From contig CAWFQB010000009.1 of the NCBI GenBank assembly GCA_963817895.1, positions 64,001-128,000 of the forward strand: 64,000 bases of DNA, given 5' to 3'. This stretch comes from an uncultured Chthonomonadaceae bacterium (GTDB taxonomy: Bacteria; Armatimonadota; Chthonomonadetes; Chthonomonadales; Chthonomonadaceae). Made by a program: the position numbers and the translations under genes. Positions 1 through 10,048 of the stretch are shown here, piece after piece. Every line of letters starts with the position of its first letter. Position 1 is the first letter of the stretch. The notes beneath the pieces are model-generated. The model made no database searches, was not told where the DNA came from, and worked only from the letters and a program-made list of their open reading frames with translations.

Positions 1-521
1 GCGTATACTTTCGGGAAGCGGCGGGCAAGTTCCGCCTCATCTTCATCTGTGTCTTCAGACCAGCGTTGTCCCGTCGGCTCTGACGGATGTTTCCTCCCCG
101 TCGCAGGAATTTCCTGCCCGGTTTTCGCCTCGTATACTTCTCCCGCCACATAGCCGAACTCTTCAAAATCCGTAATCTCCAAATCGGGGCTTGTAAACAC
201 ATCTACCAGCGCATCGGCATCTGCCATGCCCCTGTCGTACACGTCTTTGCCCATCGAAATCAGCCAGTCGCGAAAATAGTGGAAGCCATCGTCGGAACAG
301 CCGCCATTTACCAGATACGCGACCGCCCATAAATCCCAATGGTACGCCGCGACGTGGAACTGCGCGTACCATTTTTTGAACGCTACAATGTCTTCGGGCG
401 TGAGCCGGGACAGCAGTATTTGCAGGCGGTCCAGTTGCCGATCCATGTTGCCTGTGGTCAGTTGCGGGTTCCATTCGGAACGCGAGTCCGTGATAATGTT
501 CCAGAATTCCTGTTCGGTCAT
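1..521 (-). CDS. DUF4240-like protein (3' end runs off the window)
   Basis: Not in the ORF track; read manually from ATG 521 after AGGAG RBS: MTEQEFWNII...LWAVAYLVNGGCSDDGFHYFRDWLISMG, matching the GGCSDDGF-x-YFR-x-WLI signature. Confidence 0.8.
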   Translation of the reverse strand, partial: MTEQEFWNIITDSRSEWNPQLTTGNMDRQLDRLQILLSRLTPEDIVAFKKWYAQFHVAAYHWDLWAVAYLVNGGCSDDGFHYFRDWLISMGKDVYDRGMADADALVDVFTSPDLEITDFEEFGYVAGEVYEAKTGQEIPATGRKHPSEPTGQRWSEDTDEDEAELARRFPKVY

Positions 522-584
522 GGTGTCTCCTGTGTAAAAAGCGATGATTAATAGGTGGCGAGAGAGATAGGTTTTCGGTGGGCA

Positions 585-830
585 AGTCGGTTCGCGGTTC
601 GTCCGTACCCCTTAACCCTTATCACTTGTTCAGGGCCGGCGCATCTTAACTGACGAGAACTTGCTCTAAATAGGGGTTGTCCCATCCGGCTTTCTTCTGC
701 CGCGCCTTGATGCCGCGCTCACAGGTCTTCTCCTGCCGGATCAGGTTTAGATGCGCCGGCCCTGGGGCCACCTCCTATTTTACTCTGCCCTGAACAGCGT
801 AGTCCGGCTTCGCGGGAACAGCCGAGCTAC
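585..830. ncRNA. Candidate structured non-coding RNA, family unknown
   Basis: Perfect 16-bp inverted repeat CAGGGCCGGCGCATCT (631-646) / AGATGCGCCGGCCCTG (749-764) enclosing an inner ATCCGGC/GCCGGAT stem; no credible ORF. Confidence 0.35.
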
Positions 831-946
831 TATCCGCGTATAAAAGCAGGAGAGCCTGCTTGCTCTCCTGTCTGGCGCAACCTCTCGCGCGCTTTTGCGC
901 CTCACTTTGCCAGACTGCCAGCATACAAACAAGAAGGAGCGCGTTC

Positions 947-1207
947 ATGAACACAGCCTATCGCGGGCGGGCGACGGCGTTACTTTTCGGAGTGGCGTCT
1001 GTTGTGGGGGCGTGTAGTTTTGCCCAGGCTCAGGACAAGCCGCACAAGAGCCTGATCAAGCGCCATCCAACGGCCTCGGCAGCGGTGGCGGGCGTGGCGG
1101 CGCATCACATTGCCAAACGACACGGGCATGGCATTATGCACCGGCATCCGGTCGCGACCGGAGTGGCGGCGGCAGCGGTGACGCATCACATGGCGAAGAA
1201 GAAGTAG
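947..1207 (+). CDS. Small secreted His/Ala-rich repeat protein
   Basis: AAGGAG RBS, signal peptide ending AQA, two HP-x-A-x-x-VAxxA-x-HH-x-AK-like repeats; paralog at 55443. Confidence 0.75.
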   Translation: MNTAYRGRATALLFGVASVVGACSFAQAQDKPHKSLIKRHPTASAAVAGVAAHHIAKRHGHGIMHRHPVATGVAAAAVTHHMAKKK

Positions 1208-1232
1208 CGTATCGCGGAACCTTCTGTTCTGT

Positions 1233-1275
1233 CAACAGGCGCGACGATAAAGAAATCGTCGCGCCTGTTGTGTTG
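1233..1275 (+). terminator. Intrinsic terminator
   Basis: 16-bp stem CAACAGGCGCGACGAT / ATCGTCGCGCCTGTTG followed by a T-rich tail. Confidence 0.7.
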
Positions 1276-1379
1276 TCTCTGATACCGTCCTGATGCCTGC
1301 ATCCTTTTCCAATTCATTGAGTGAAAGAGTGGGCGTTGCGGCAGTCCTGCGAACAGGGCGGAAAAAGGGTATGTAGAGA

Positions 1380-1405
1380 CAGCGTCGAAATATTGGCAAT
1401 GCAGC
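1380..1405. repeat. 26-bp dispersed repeat, copy 1
   Basis: CAGCGTCGAAATATTGGCAATGCAGC, identical to 14508-14533. Confidence 0.8.
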
Positions 1406-1802
1406 GCTTCCAGCCCGGTGTCTCGTTGTGTCAAATTTTTTCTAAAGAGGCGTCGTGACCTCATGCGCGTCAGGGCGAACGAGAAGTATGTACAGGCATC
1501 TTCCAGCGCCTCCCCTTCCAGATTAGATTGTTGAGAGTGCAGAGAAACTCCGCTCTTGCAACGTCCCGCCGCCTGTCTAATTGACAGACATTTGTACCAG
1601 TAGACAGGAGGATTCGTGCAGAAGTTTCATGTTTTTGCTGATTTTTTGTAGGATTACAGACATTTTTCCTGATGGGGATTTCCGGTTTTTGAAGCAGCCA
1701 GCGAGTTAGCAAGGAGGAGAACGCTTTCGGGACACCAACTCCCGTGAACAGAAAACTCCCGGCATATCTATTCTGCTTTTTCGCGCATCAGGAGGAACCC
1801 CT

Positions 1803-2168
1803 ATGAACCGCATCGTTCACTTCGAGTTGCCGGTATCCAACCCGGAAGCTTCCATCCAGTTCTACTCCGACGTTTTCGGCTGGAAGTTCCAGAAATGGGA
1901 CGGGCCGATGGATTACTGGATGATTAGTACGGGCGAAGGCGAGCCGGGAATCAACGGCGGGCTGAAGCGCCGTAATTTCCCGGCCCAACCGGTCGCCTGC
2001 ACGGTGGAAGTGGAGAATGTGGATGCCATCTGCGCGGCCATTGAAGCGGCGGGCGGAACGATTTTGCTGCCCAAAATGGCGGTTCCGGGCATCGGCTGGC
2101 TGGCCTACTTCAGTGACCCGGATGGCCTGATTACCGGCGTCATGCAAAACGATCCTACTGCCGGATAG
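1803..2168 (+). CDS. VOC (glyoxalase/bleomycin resistance) family protein
   Basis: IVHFELP...FYSDVFGWKF...GINGGL...AYFSDPDG motifs; GGAGG RBS. Confidence 0.9.
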   Translation: MNRIVHFELPVSNPEASIQFYSDVFGWKFQKWDGPMDYWMISTGEGEPGINGGLKRRNFPAQPVACTVEVENVDAICAAIEAAGGTILLPKMAVPGIGWLAYFSDPDGLITGVMQNDPTAG

Positions 2169-2249
2169 TAGAGCGCGGGCGCAATAACCAAAAGCCGTCT
2201 TGGAACTCTATCTGAATTTCGAGACGGCTTATACCTCAGAAACAACCAT

Positions 2250-2318
2250 GTAGGGACACAACTTGTTGTGTCCTCCACCGGTAAAATGGAGGGCAGACAC
2301 AACAAGTTGTGTCCCTAC
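2250..2318. repeat. GTAG-type REP doublet (REPIN-like)
   Basis: GTAGGGACACAACTTGTTGTGTCC followed by an inverted copy ending GTGTCCCTAC. Confidence 0.75.
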
Positions 2319-2621
2319 GAATGTTTCTTGAACAGTACTGCGGTCAAGAATAAGTCTCGATTTTAAGTTCGGCGGAATTCAAGGAATAGAGCGTAATTCA
2401 AGCAAACAACGATAACAGGCCGTTCGCCGTAACACGCAGGTATACTCTGTATCATCCAAGTTCAAATAATTCAACTTATGGACAAACCAGATAAAGATTG
2501 TACTATGGCGGGGTTCCGGGTGTTGAAAACACCCGTCTGAGTGGCGTTCCGCCAAGCGTCCTACGGACGCGGGATTGTACAATGTTCAAGTGGTTTGTCC
2601 ATTAGAGGGTGGAAATTGAGT

Positions 2622-3257
2622 ATGACCCTGCAAGTTCAACATCCAGAGCGCACACGCCTCTGTTTTCGGGAACCCGTACCTGAGATTGCTGATGCAGCGC
2701 GCTACTTAGATGAGGCGGTGTCTGCTCATCTTGCAGGGCGGACGGACTTGGCTGAACAATTGATACAACGCGCCGATATGCCTGCGATTCGAGAATGGAC
2801 AGAGTTTATTTGGGGCGGCAAAAGTCCTTACAAACAATCCCGATTCGTATTGGATGCGCCTCCTGTATTTTCAAAAGATGAGCGTGAAACGCGAAAACCA
2901 ACATCCTCTCAGCAAAAACTGCTGCTCTTGCGAGATGGCTACCATTGCCGTTTCTGCGGAATACCTCTGATCCGAGCGGAAATTCGTAAACGGATTAGAG
3001 AATTCTATCCGCGCGCATTGGTATGGGGAAAACCAAACATAGAACAACACGCCGCGTTTCAAGCCATGTGGGTACAATATGACCATGTTTTGCCTCATTC
3101 CAGAGGTGGAAGCAGCGACATAGAGAATCTTGTGATTACCTGCGGCCCGTGTAATTTTGGACGTATGGAGTCTACTTTGGAGGAGGTCGGCTTGATTGAT
3201 CCGCGAACACGCGAACCTGTCCGCTCGGCATGGGATGGACTGGAACGCTTCAAATAA
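2622..3257 (+). CDS. HNH endonuclease
   Basis: RDGYHCRFCG ... DHVLPHSRGG ... NLVITCGPCN. Confidence 0.85.
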   Translation: MTLQVQHPERTRLCFREPVPEIADAARYLDEAVSAHLAGRTDLAEQLIQRADMPAIREWTEFIWGGKSPYKQSRFVLDAPPVFSKDERETRKPTSSQQKLLLLRDGYHCRFCGIPLIRAEIRKRIREFYPRALVWGKPNIEQHAAFQAMWVQYDHVLPHSRGGSSDIENLVITCGPCNFGRMESTLEEVGLIDPRTREPVRSAWDGLERFK

Positions 3258-3297
3258 AATTTTCTTCGGAAATGTTCCAGTCGGGTAAACTGAAGGC

Positions 3298-6200
3298 ATG
3301 AATTTTTTATGCCGACTCCGTTTTCGACAGCGTTTCACCTGCCGCCATTTTGCGCCCCTGTTTCTGACAGGCGCGTTTGTATCTGTAATAGCGCCTTTCG
3401 CCCTTGCCGCGCCGCCTGTTCCCTACCCTTTCACGGCACAGGCGGGAACGCCTGCTGAACAGAATTTGATTATCAAGAATGTGGGTTCTGCCATGCAGGG
3501 CGAGTTGCGCCACGCGGATAAGGGACAGTTCTGGATATACGGCTTTCCTGTCGCGCCCGGTTCGCGCTGTACCCTCGCGCTGACGCTGGACACTGCGGCA
3601 GACACCACGCCGCCAATCGCAGCCGTATTGGGCGCGGACAACAAGCCGCTTGCCATCCACACCGAAACCGCGCAGAATACGTTTCTCATCGTCTGGACGG
3701 TTCCGGTCAAGTGGTCGGTTGGCAATCGCATTTCCGTGATGTTGAGCGCGAAAAACGGGGCAGTGGCAGTAAAAAGCCTGCAATTGGCGCAGGCGTTGCC
3801 GGACAGCAATGGCGACGGCGTACCGGACGTGGTTCGGCAATTGCTGACGGCTGGCTTGCCTTCCGGTTCGCGTATCAGTGTGGTTCGTCCGCCCGCGCAG
3901 CCGTTTACCGTGACGGCAAGCGACCAAACCCTGACGCCCGCATTGGACACGCAGACCGACGCCATTTTTGCCGACACGACAGACCCGGCGGTTATCAACG
4001 GCTGGAAAACGCGCGGCTATACGGTGTGGAGTTTTGGCAGCAGCAGAGTGAGCGATACATTCGCGCAGCAGAATCGCGATGCGGTACAAACCGGGCGCGA
4101 CGGCAAGCCGGTTGCGGGCAAGCCTGTCAGCGGCAAATCCCTTTCCACTTCAGAGCAGACGTGGGTATCCGCCGCGCCATCTGTGCTGGCGCGGGATCGC
4201 GGTTTGTTCGACGACGCGCTGCGGGCGGGCAGCGACGGCGCGTGTTTTCTGGAACCGGAGTATCTGGCGGCAGCCGGGTACGAACCCGCGTTCAAGCAGG
4301 CGTGGCAGAACGAGTACCGCGCGGCGTGGCTTGACCCGGTTTCCGGCATTGACGCCCGGTATCGCGCCAGTCGGCTGATGGCGCAGGGCGTGGCGGCGCG
4401 AACGCAATCCGCCATGCAGGGCATAGCGGCGAACAAGCCGAACGCGCGGCGGATGGTGGCCGCGCAAAGTCTGTTCAACGGGGCCGAGCGCGGCTTCATC
4501 AGCCCCGTAGCCCGCATTGTCGGCCTGAACGAAGTGACCGATATTTTGGCGGATGTGGATACCAGTACCACGTCCGCGCCGATGCGCTATGCCGGACTGC
4601 GGCAGGCCATGACCTTCGACCGCGCCTATCTGGAATACTCCTCCATTTATCATGCCGCAAGGGGCGCGAACAAGCGCGTCTGGTTTCAGGTCAACCCGGT
4701 TGCGGGCGATGCGCCGGACACCCCCGACCTGCGCGCGAATTTTGAGCAATCTTTAACTGCCGCCCTGCTTCTCCCGGACGTAAACGCCTATCAACTAACG
4801 CTGCCCTTGCAGACGCTGACTTCCTCCGCGCCCCCGGACGAACAAATACGGCTGCACAGCCTGTTGAGCGCGTTGGAAGATATGCACAATCAAACCGCGA
4901 TTTCCGGCAATGCGGATAAGGACGACGATATTGGCGTGCTGGTGAGCGATTCCATTCAATGGCAGCGCGAAGGGCCCAGTTCAAGCGATCTCGACGGCCT
5001 GTACGGATTGGCCCTGCCCCTGCTACAGCGCGGTATTCCCGTTCAGATGGTATCGCTTGACCGCGCAGCCGACCCCGGCTATCTGAACGGCTTCAAAACC
5101 CTGCTCGTCTCGTATGATTTCCAGAAGCCGTTGGGAACGCGGACACAACAGGCGCTTGTGGAGTGGGTTCGGCGCGGCGGCAGCCTGATCTACGTGGGCG
5201 GGACCGACGCTTATAACGGCGTGACCGACTCGTGGTGGCAGCAGGCCGCTCTTGTCGCGCCGCAAATGGATTTGTGGAAGCAGTTCGGCCTGAATCTGGG
5301 CGCTCCAACCCCGCGCATGGCCCCCGCCGAAGACAGCAACCGCTACACTACTGTTTTGACTTCCAACAATCAGGCCGACACTTCCCGCCAATCGCGAACG
5401 ATTGATCTCACTCGCTTTGCGGCGGCTACCGGCAGCGTCGCCATCCGTTTTTCCGCCCGAAACGCGGATTCGGCCAACGGGGTTTCGGTGTCTTTCGGGG
5501 AGTTGAGCGTGGGCGGCAAGACGGCAGCCTCGTTCACAACCGGTTCGGAAATCGAAAACCGCTTTCTGGTGTACGACAACAACAGCAGTTACAGCCCGAA
5601 TGGTCGCCTTGCCACAGGAGGCGCGTCGTGGACGTATCAGTTCGATAACCTGCCGGTCGATGTTCCCGTCACGCTTACCTTAGATATGGCGGGCAGTTTC
5701 AGCATCGGCGCGGCCTCTGCTCGTCCCGATTTCGGCCACACTCTGCTAAACACCGGCGCGAACGTCCCGCTTTCCAAAGCCTTTCCCCGCCTGCGAATCG
5801 GGGCATCATATCCCGCTACGCTGTATGAGGAAGGGAAAAGGGAAGAGGGAGCAGAAGAAAAGGAGAAGAGGAGAAAAGGAGAAGAGGAGAAGGGGAATAT
5901 TCCACCGGCTATGGGTTCCCTTTCAACTCTCAACTCTCAACTCTCAACTCTATACACCCTGCGGGCCGGGGGAGCGCCGATATGGACGCAGAACGTGGGA
6001 CGCGGGTTGGTATTGAATGTGGGGGTCGCGCCGGGTTTCTTTACGGCAAGCGAGCGGAGCGCGGGACTGCTGCGCGCGCTGGCGCGGTTTGCCCATCAGC
6101 GAGCCGGAGGAACGTACCGTGAACCCGGTTTTCTCCGCATAAAACGGGGCCGCTATACCATTGTTCACACCTTTTCCGAGCCGCTGACAGTGGAAGGGCG

Positions 6201-6561
6201 CATGATAGACGTGCTTTCTCCCACGCTCAATACCGCCGATGACCGTGTTATTCCCCCCGGTTCTTCGGCGCTGCTATACGATCTTGGCAGCCCCGAATCC
6301 GGGCCGCACATCGGTTTTGTATCGGGACGCTTGCAGGCGCGGGTAGAAACCGCTACAACAACCGGCTTCTTTGTCAGAGGCGCGGCAGGCACAACGGGAA
6401 TGGCGCGTCTGCACCGGGGCAATCGCCGCCTGATTGGAGCGCGTGGCACGGATTGGCTGGGGCGTCCCGTTCCCGTACAGGCGCAGGAGGACGGCGGAAC
6501 GCTGCTGCTGCGCTATCCCAACCACCCTGACGGCGTTATCATTCGCGTCGGCTGGCAATAA
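3298..6561 (+). CDS. Large secreted hypothetical protein (possible glycoside-hydrolase-like and class I GATase-like domains)
   Basis: Signal peptide; 'LVEWVRRGGSLIYVGG' resembles GH42 trimerisation/GATase-like domains; low-complexity insert near 5828-5950. Confidence 0.65.
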   Translation: MNFLCRLRFRQRFTCRHFAPLFLTGAFVSVIAPFALAAPPVPYPFTAQAGTPAEQNLIIKNVGSAMQGELRHADKGQFWIYGFPVAPGSRCTLALTLDTAADTTPPIAAVLGADNKPLAIHTETAQNTFLIVWTVPVKWSVGNRISVMLSAKNGAVAVKSLQLAQALPDSNGDGVPDVVRQLLTAGLPSGSRISVVRPPAQPFTVTASDQTLTPALDTQTDAIFADTTDPAVINGWKTRGYTVWSFGSSRVSDTFAQQNRDAVQTGRDGKPVAGKPVSGKSLSTSEQTWVSAAPSVLARDRGLFDDALRAGSDGACFLEPEYLAAAGYEPAFKQAWQNEYRAAWLDPVSGIDARYRASRLMAQGVAARTQSAMQGIAANKPNARRMVAAQSLFNGAERGFISPVARIVGLNEVTDILADVDTSTTSAPMRYAGLRQAMTFDRAYLEYSSIYHAARGANKRVWFQVNPVAGDAPDTPDLRANFEQSLTAALLLPDVNAYQLTLPLQTLTSSAPPDEQIRLHSLLSALEDMHNQTAISGNADKDDDIGVLVSDSIQWQREGPSSSDLDGLYGLALPLLQRGIPVQMVSLDRAADPGYLNGFKTLLVSYDFQKPLGTRTQQALVEWVRRGGSLIYVGGTDAYNGVTDSWWQQAALVAPQMDLWKQFGLNLGAPTPRMAPAEDSNRYTTVLTSNNQADTSRQSRTIDLTRFAAATGSVAIRFSARNADSANGVSVSFGELSVGGKTAASFTTGSEIENRFLVYDNNSSYSPNGRLATGGASWTYQFDNLPVDVPVTLTLDMAGSFSIGAASARPDFGHTLLNTGANVPLSKAFPRLRIGASYPATLYEEGKREEGAEEKEKRRKGEEEKGNIPPAMGSLSTLNSQLSTLYTLRAGGAPIWTQNVGRGLVLNVGVAPGFFTASERSAGLLRALARFAHQRAGGTYREPGFLRIKRGRYTIVHTFSEPLTVEGRMIDVLSPTLNTADDRVIPPGSSALLYDLGSPESGPHIGFVSGRLQARVETATTTGFFVRGAAGTTGMARLHRGNRRLIGARGTDWLGRPVPVQAQEDGGTLLLRYPNHPDGVIIRVGWQ

Positions 6562-6695
6562 CGGGAGGGGATTGTCACGCATAGCAGAGGTTTCCGTGTT
6601 CTATTTATGGCAAACTGAAACCGGCTACAGGACGATTCGCGTAGACAGAGTGTAACCGGCTGGCGCGAACGCGCGCAGAACTTGTACTCTGCCTC

Positions 6696-6724
6696 TTGAC
6701 AGGAATACACTTGTCGGTTACACT
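6696..6724 (+). promoter_or_regulatory. sigma70-type promoter upstream of prkA
   Basis: TTGACA-17 nt-TACACT. Confidence 0.65.
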
Positions 6725-6855
6725 GTTTATGGAGAGTTGTTCGCATCGCGCTTTGCCTGTGGTTGCGCCATTGCTGCCAGCCACCGGCTCCTGCTTCGGC
6801 AGTACAATTGAAATCGTTCGCAATGTTCTTTGAAAGCCCGCGACGGTGTTGTCGC

Positions 6856-6890
6856 ATCCCCGGAATGTTTGTTTCCGCCGGGGATTTTTG
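6856..6890 (+). terminator. Terminator-like hairpin in the prkA leader
   Basis: ATCCCCGG...CCGGGGAT followed by TTTT. Confidence 0.5.
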
Positions 6891-7120
6891 CGTTTGGGGT
6901 GATTTGTGAGTACGGAGCGCATACAAGGAACAGTACGCGCAGGGTGAATCGCGGAGAGTTATTGTCCGCTTGAAAGCGGAGTTCGATTACGCTGGATAGG
7001 CCGTGAGCAAGCGCCGCATTGCCGTTCATTTGTATCAGCCATTTTGAGTTTCGGACTTATCCATTCAGGGGCGGGTACTGAAGTGAGCGCGTTTCGTGGT
7101 TGCGGGAGGACAAGAGTAAC

Positions 7121-9073
7121 ATGGGAGCGTTCAACGCATCGGAGTTTTTGAAGCAGGTGGAAGAGCAGCGCGCGCAGGACCGTTCGCTGGCATGGGAAGG
7201 CACATTTTCCGATTATCTGGAACTGATTACCAAAGAGGCGCACATTGCGGACCTTGCCCATGCCCGCCTGTACCACATGATTGTGGCGGCAGGCATTACC
7301 GACACAGACGACGGCTTGAACCGTAAGTACAAGTTTTTCGAGGAAGACTTGTACGGGGTCGAGCGCACGTTACAACAACTGGTAGAGGAATACCTTAACC
7401 CGGCAAGCCGCCGACTGGATATTCGCAAGCGTATCCTGATGCTCGTCGGGCCGGTCGGGGGCGGTAAATCCACGCTTGTCACCATTATCAAGCGCGGGCT
7501 GGAAAAGTACAGCAAGACCGAACAGGGCGCGGCGTATGCCATCAAAGGCTGCCCCATGCACGAGGACCCGTTGCACTTAATACCCGAAGATTTGCGGGGC
7601 GAATTCAAGCGCAGTCTGGGCGTGTACATTGAGGGCGACCTTTGCCCCGTCTGCCAGTACCGGCTTGACCACGAATGGGGCAGCAATATCCATAACGTGC
7701 CTGTGCATCGTATCGCGCTTTCGGAGCGGACGCGCATTGGAATCGGAACCTTCAAGCCCGCCGACCCGAAATCGCAGGATGTGGCGGAACTGACGGGTAG
7801 CGTCAACATTCAGGCATTGACCGAGTACGGACAGGAATCCGATCCGCGCGCTTACAACTTCGATGGGGAACTCAACATCGCCAACCGGGGCGTGATGGAG
7901 TTCATCGAAATGCTCAAAGCCGAAAAGCGGTTCTTGTACGAACTGAATACGGTTGCGGGCGAGCAGACGATTAAAGCAAGCCGGTTCGCGCTCATCTATT
8001 GCGACGTGGCTGTCATCGCGCACACCAACGAATACGAGTACAATAGCTACTTCTCGTCCAAAGAGAACGAGGCCATGATTGACCGTATCTTCGTGGTCAA
8101 AGTGCCGTACAACCTGCGCGTATCGGAAGAGGTTCGCATCTATGAAAAACTCATCGGGCAGTCGGATGTCAACGACAAAACCATCGGCTCGGAACTGGAC
8201 CTGTCGCGTATCCACATCGCGCCCTATACCCTGCGCGTGGCCGCCATGTTCGCCATTCTGACGCGCCTGAAAGCGTCGAAAAAAGCCGGCCTGAGCCTGC
8301 TGACCAAGATGAAACTCTACGACGGCGAACGGCAAGTCGGCGATTGGGATCAGCGCAATTTGAAGGAACTGCACGACGAGTTTCAGGATGAGGGCATGAA
8401 CGGGCTTTCGCCGCGCTTCATCATCAACCGCATATCGTCCGCGCTGGTCAAAGGCGGCAAAATGTACGTGACGCCCATTGACGTGATGCGCTCTCTCCTC
8501 GATGGCATCACGGAACTGACGGGCAGCGAGGAAGACCGCAACCGCTATCGGGGCTTGATTACCGATGTGCGTAAGGAGTTCGACGAGGCGGCCAAGAAGG
8601 AGGTGCAGCGCGCGTTCGTGTACTCCTATGAGGAGTCGGCCAAAACCCTGATGGACAACTACATTGACAACGTGGAAGCGTTCTGCAACCGCGAAAAAGT
8701 GAAGCATCCCATCACGGGCGATGACGTAGAGCCGGATGAGCGGCTGATGCGTTCGATTGAGGAGCAGATCAGCGTCACGGAAAACCAGAAGCGCGAGTTC
8801 CGCGAAGGCATCATGCGTTCGGTAGCCAGCCTGATGCGGCGCGGGCAGAACTTCTCGCCTTCGAGCGACGAGCGGCTGAAAGAAGCGATTGAGAAGAAAC
8901 TGTTCACGGACTTGAAGGACGTGGTGAAAATCACGACAAGCACCAAGACGCCCGACTCCGACCAGTTGAAGAAGGTCAACGAAGTCGTGGATCGCATGTG
9001 CAAGGAGCAGGGCTACATTCCCGAAAGCGCCAACGAACTCCTGCGCTACGTTGGAACCCTGCTCAACCGCTAA
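7121..9073 (+). CDS. prkA: PrkA/YeaG family AAA+ serine protein kinase
   Basis: GPVGGGKS Walker A, GCPMHEDPL, SDPRAYNFDGELNIANRG, EFIEMLK. Confidence 0.95.
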   Translation: MGAFNASEFLKQVEEQRAQDRSLAWEGTFSDYLELITKEAHIADLAHARLYHMIVAAGITDTDDGLNRKYKFFEEDLYGVERTLQQLVEEYLNPASRRLDIRKRILMLVGPVGGGKSTLVTIIKRGLEKYSKTEQGAAYAIKGCPMHEDPLHLIPEDLRGEFKRSLGVYIEGDLCPVCQYRLDHEWGSNIHNVPVHRIALSERTRIGIGTFKPADPKSQDVAELTGSVNIQALTEYGQESDPRAYNFDGELNIANRGVMEFIEMLKAEKRFLYELNTVAGEQTIKASRFALIYCDVAVIAHTNEYEYNSYFSSKENEAMIDRIFVVKVPYNLRVSEEVRIYEKLIGQSDVNDKTIGSELDLSRIHIAPYTLRVAAMFAILTRLKASKKAGLSLLTKMKLYDGERQVGDWDQRNLKELHDEFQDEGMNGLSPRFIINRISSALVKGGKMYVTPIDVMRSLLDGITELTGSEEDRNRYRGLITDVRKEFDEAAKKEVQRAFVYSYEESAKTLMDNYIDNVEAFCNREKVKHPITGDDVEPDERLMRSIEEQISVTENQKREFREGIMRSVASLMRRGQNFSPSSDERLKEAIEKKLFTDLKDVVKITTSTKTPDSDQLKKVNEVVDRMCKEQGYIPESANELLRYVGTLLNR

Positions 9074-9157
9074 CCAAATACAGGACGCGGAAGCAGCAAA
9101 CCGTCCTGCTTCCGCAACCCTTGACGAAGTTACTGTTGTTACCAAGTTGGAGAGTGC

Positions 9158-10036
9158 ATGCTGACGTGTTTGTTCTGGAATGTGAACGGCGTGGCGCAAA
9201 GCGGCAACCGCCCGCTTGCCCCGTCTGAACCGCGCTATCAGCGGCTTTCCTCTCTGCTCGTGGCGGAGTCAGTACAAACAGCATTGCATCCGTCGCTCGA
9301 CATTGTGATACTGGCAGAGTCGCCTTTCGATAGCAACCTGCCTTTGTCCGGGATGGCAGCGGCGAATACGCTTCTGCCACCAAATACAAAAACAGACTGC
9401 CAACTGGAAATCTATTATCGAGAAAGCGCTGTTGATCTGACTGCGCTGCAAAGTATCAGGGGACGCGCAACAGCACAAATATTGAAGCGTAAACAGTCTG
9501 CAAATGCAATTACCCTTGTCGCTGCGCACTTAGAAAGTCCGCAGAGAGTCAGACGCGAAGAAAATCGTAAGGAGGATGTTCGCCTCCTATCGCTCAATAT
9601 TTTAGACATTGAGCAGATGCAGCAAAACCGGCGTACTCTGCTTGTGGGAGATTTGAACTACGATCCTTATGATTTGCCTTTGTATGGAGCAAACTATCTT
9701 CACGCTGTACCCACAAAAACGCTGGCAAACCAAAAACAACGCACTGTAGACGGAGTGGAACGACCGTATTTCTACAATCCAATGTGGGGGCATTTTGGAG
9801 ACAAAGACGGTTCACCGGCAGGAACCTACTACAAACGCGCGGCTGATCTGGATTGTCGTTTCTGGCACATTCCCGACCAATTGTTGCTGCGCCCCGACCT
9901 GCTGAAATACTGGCAAGATGACTATCTTGCTGTACTGACACGTATTGGCGGACAAGACCTAATCAAAGGCGACGGCACACCGGATGCAGCATCGGTTTCC
10001 GATCATCTGCCGCTTCTGTTCTGTCTGAACCTGTAG
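9158..10036 (+). CDS. Endonuclease/exonuclease/phosphatase (EEP) family protein
   Basis: FWNVN, ILAES, AAHL, VGDLN, FYNPMW, DQLL, SDHLP. Confidence 0.85.
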   Translation: MLTCLFWNVNGVAQSGNRPLAPSEPRYQRLSSLLVAESVQTALHPSLDIVILAESPFDSNLPLSGMAAANTLLPPNTKTDCQLEIYYRESAVDLTALQSIRGRATAQILKRKQSANAITLVAAHLESPQRVRREENRKEDVRLLSLNILDIEQMQQNRRTLLVGDLNYDPYDLPLYGANYLHAVPTKTLANQKQRTVDGVERPYFYNPMWGHFGDKDGSPAGTYYKRAADLDCRFWHIPDQLLLRPDLLKYWQDDYLAVLTRIGGQDLIKGDGTPDAASVSDHLPLLFCLNL

Positions 10037-10048
10037 AGAGGTACGCTC

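Noticed and set aside
650..670. Hammerhead-like CTGACGAG...CTC core
   Set aside because: It is followed by TAAA rather than the required GAAA, and no cleavage-site stem is evident
6890..6955. c-di-AMP (ydaO) riboswitch suggested by TTTGGGGTGA and GGGTGAATC
   Set aside because: The motifs are in the wrong order and the conserved GCTGAA and GTCAGCTAA elements are missing
7577..9199. 540-aa antisense ORF (likewise 11852-12976, 14498-15862, 29770-30543, 53518-54600, 59995-61005)
   Set aside because: Shadow ORFs opposite well-supported genes in GC-rich DNA, with no motifs
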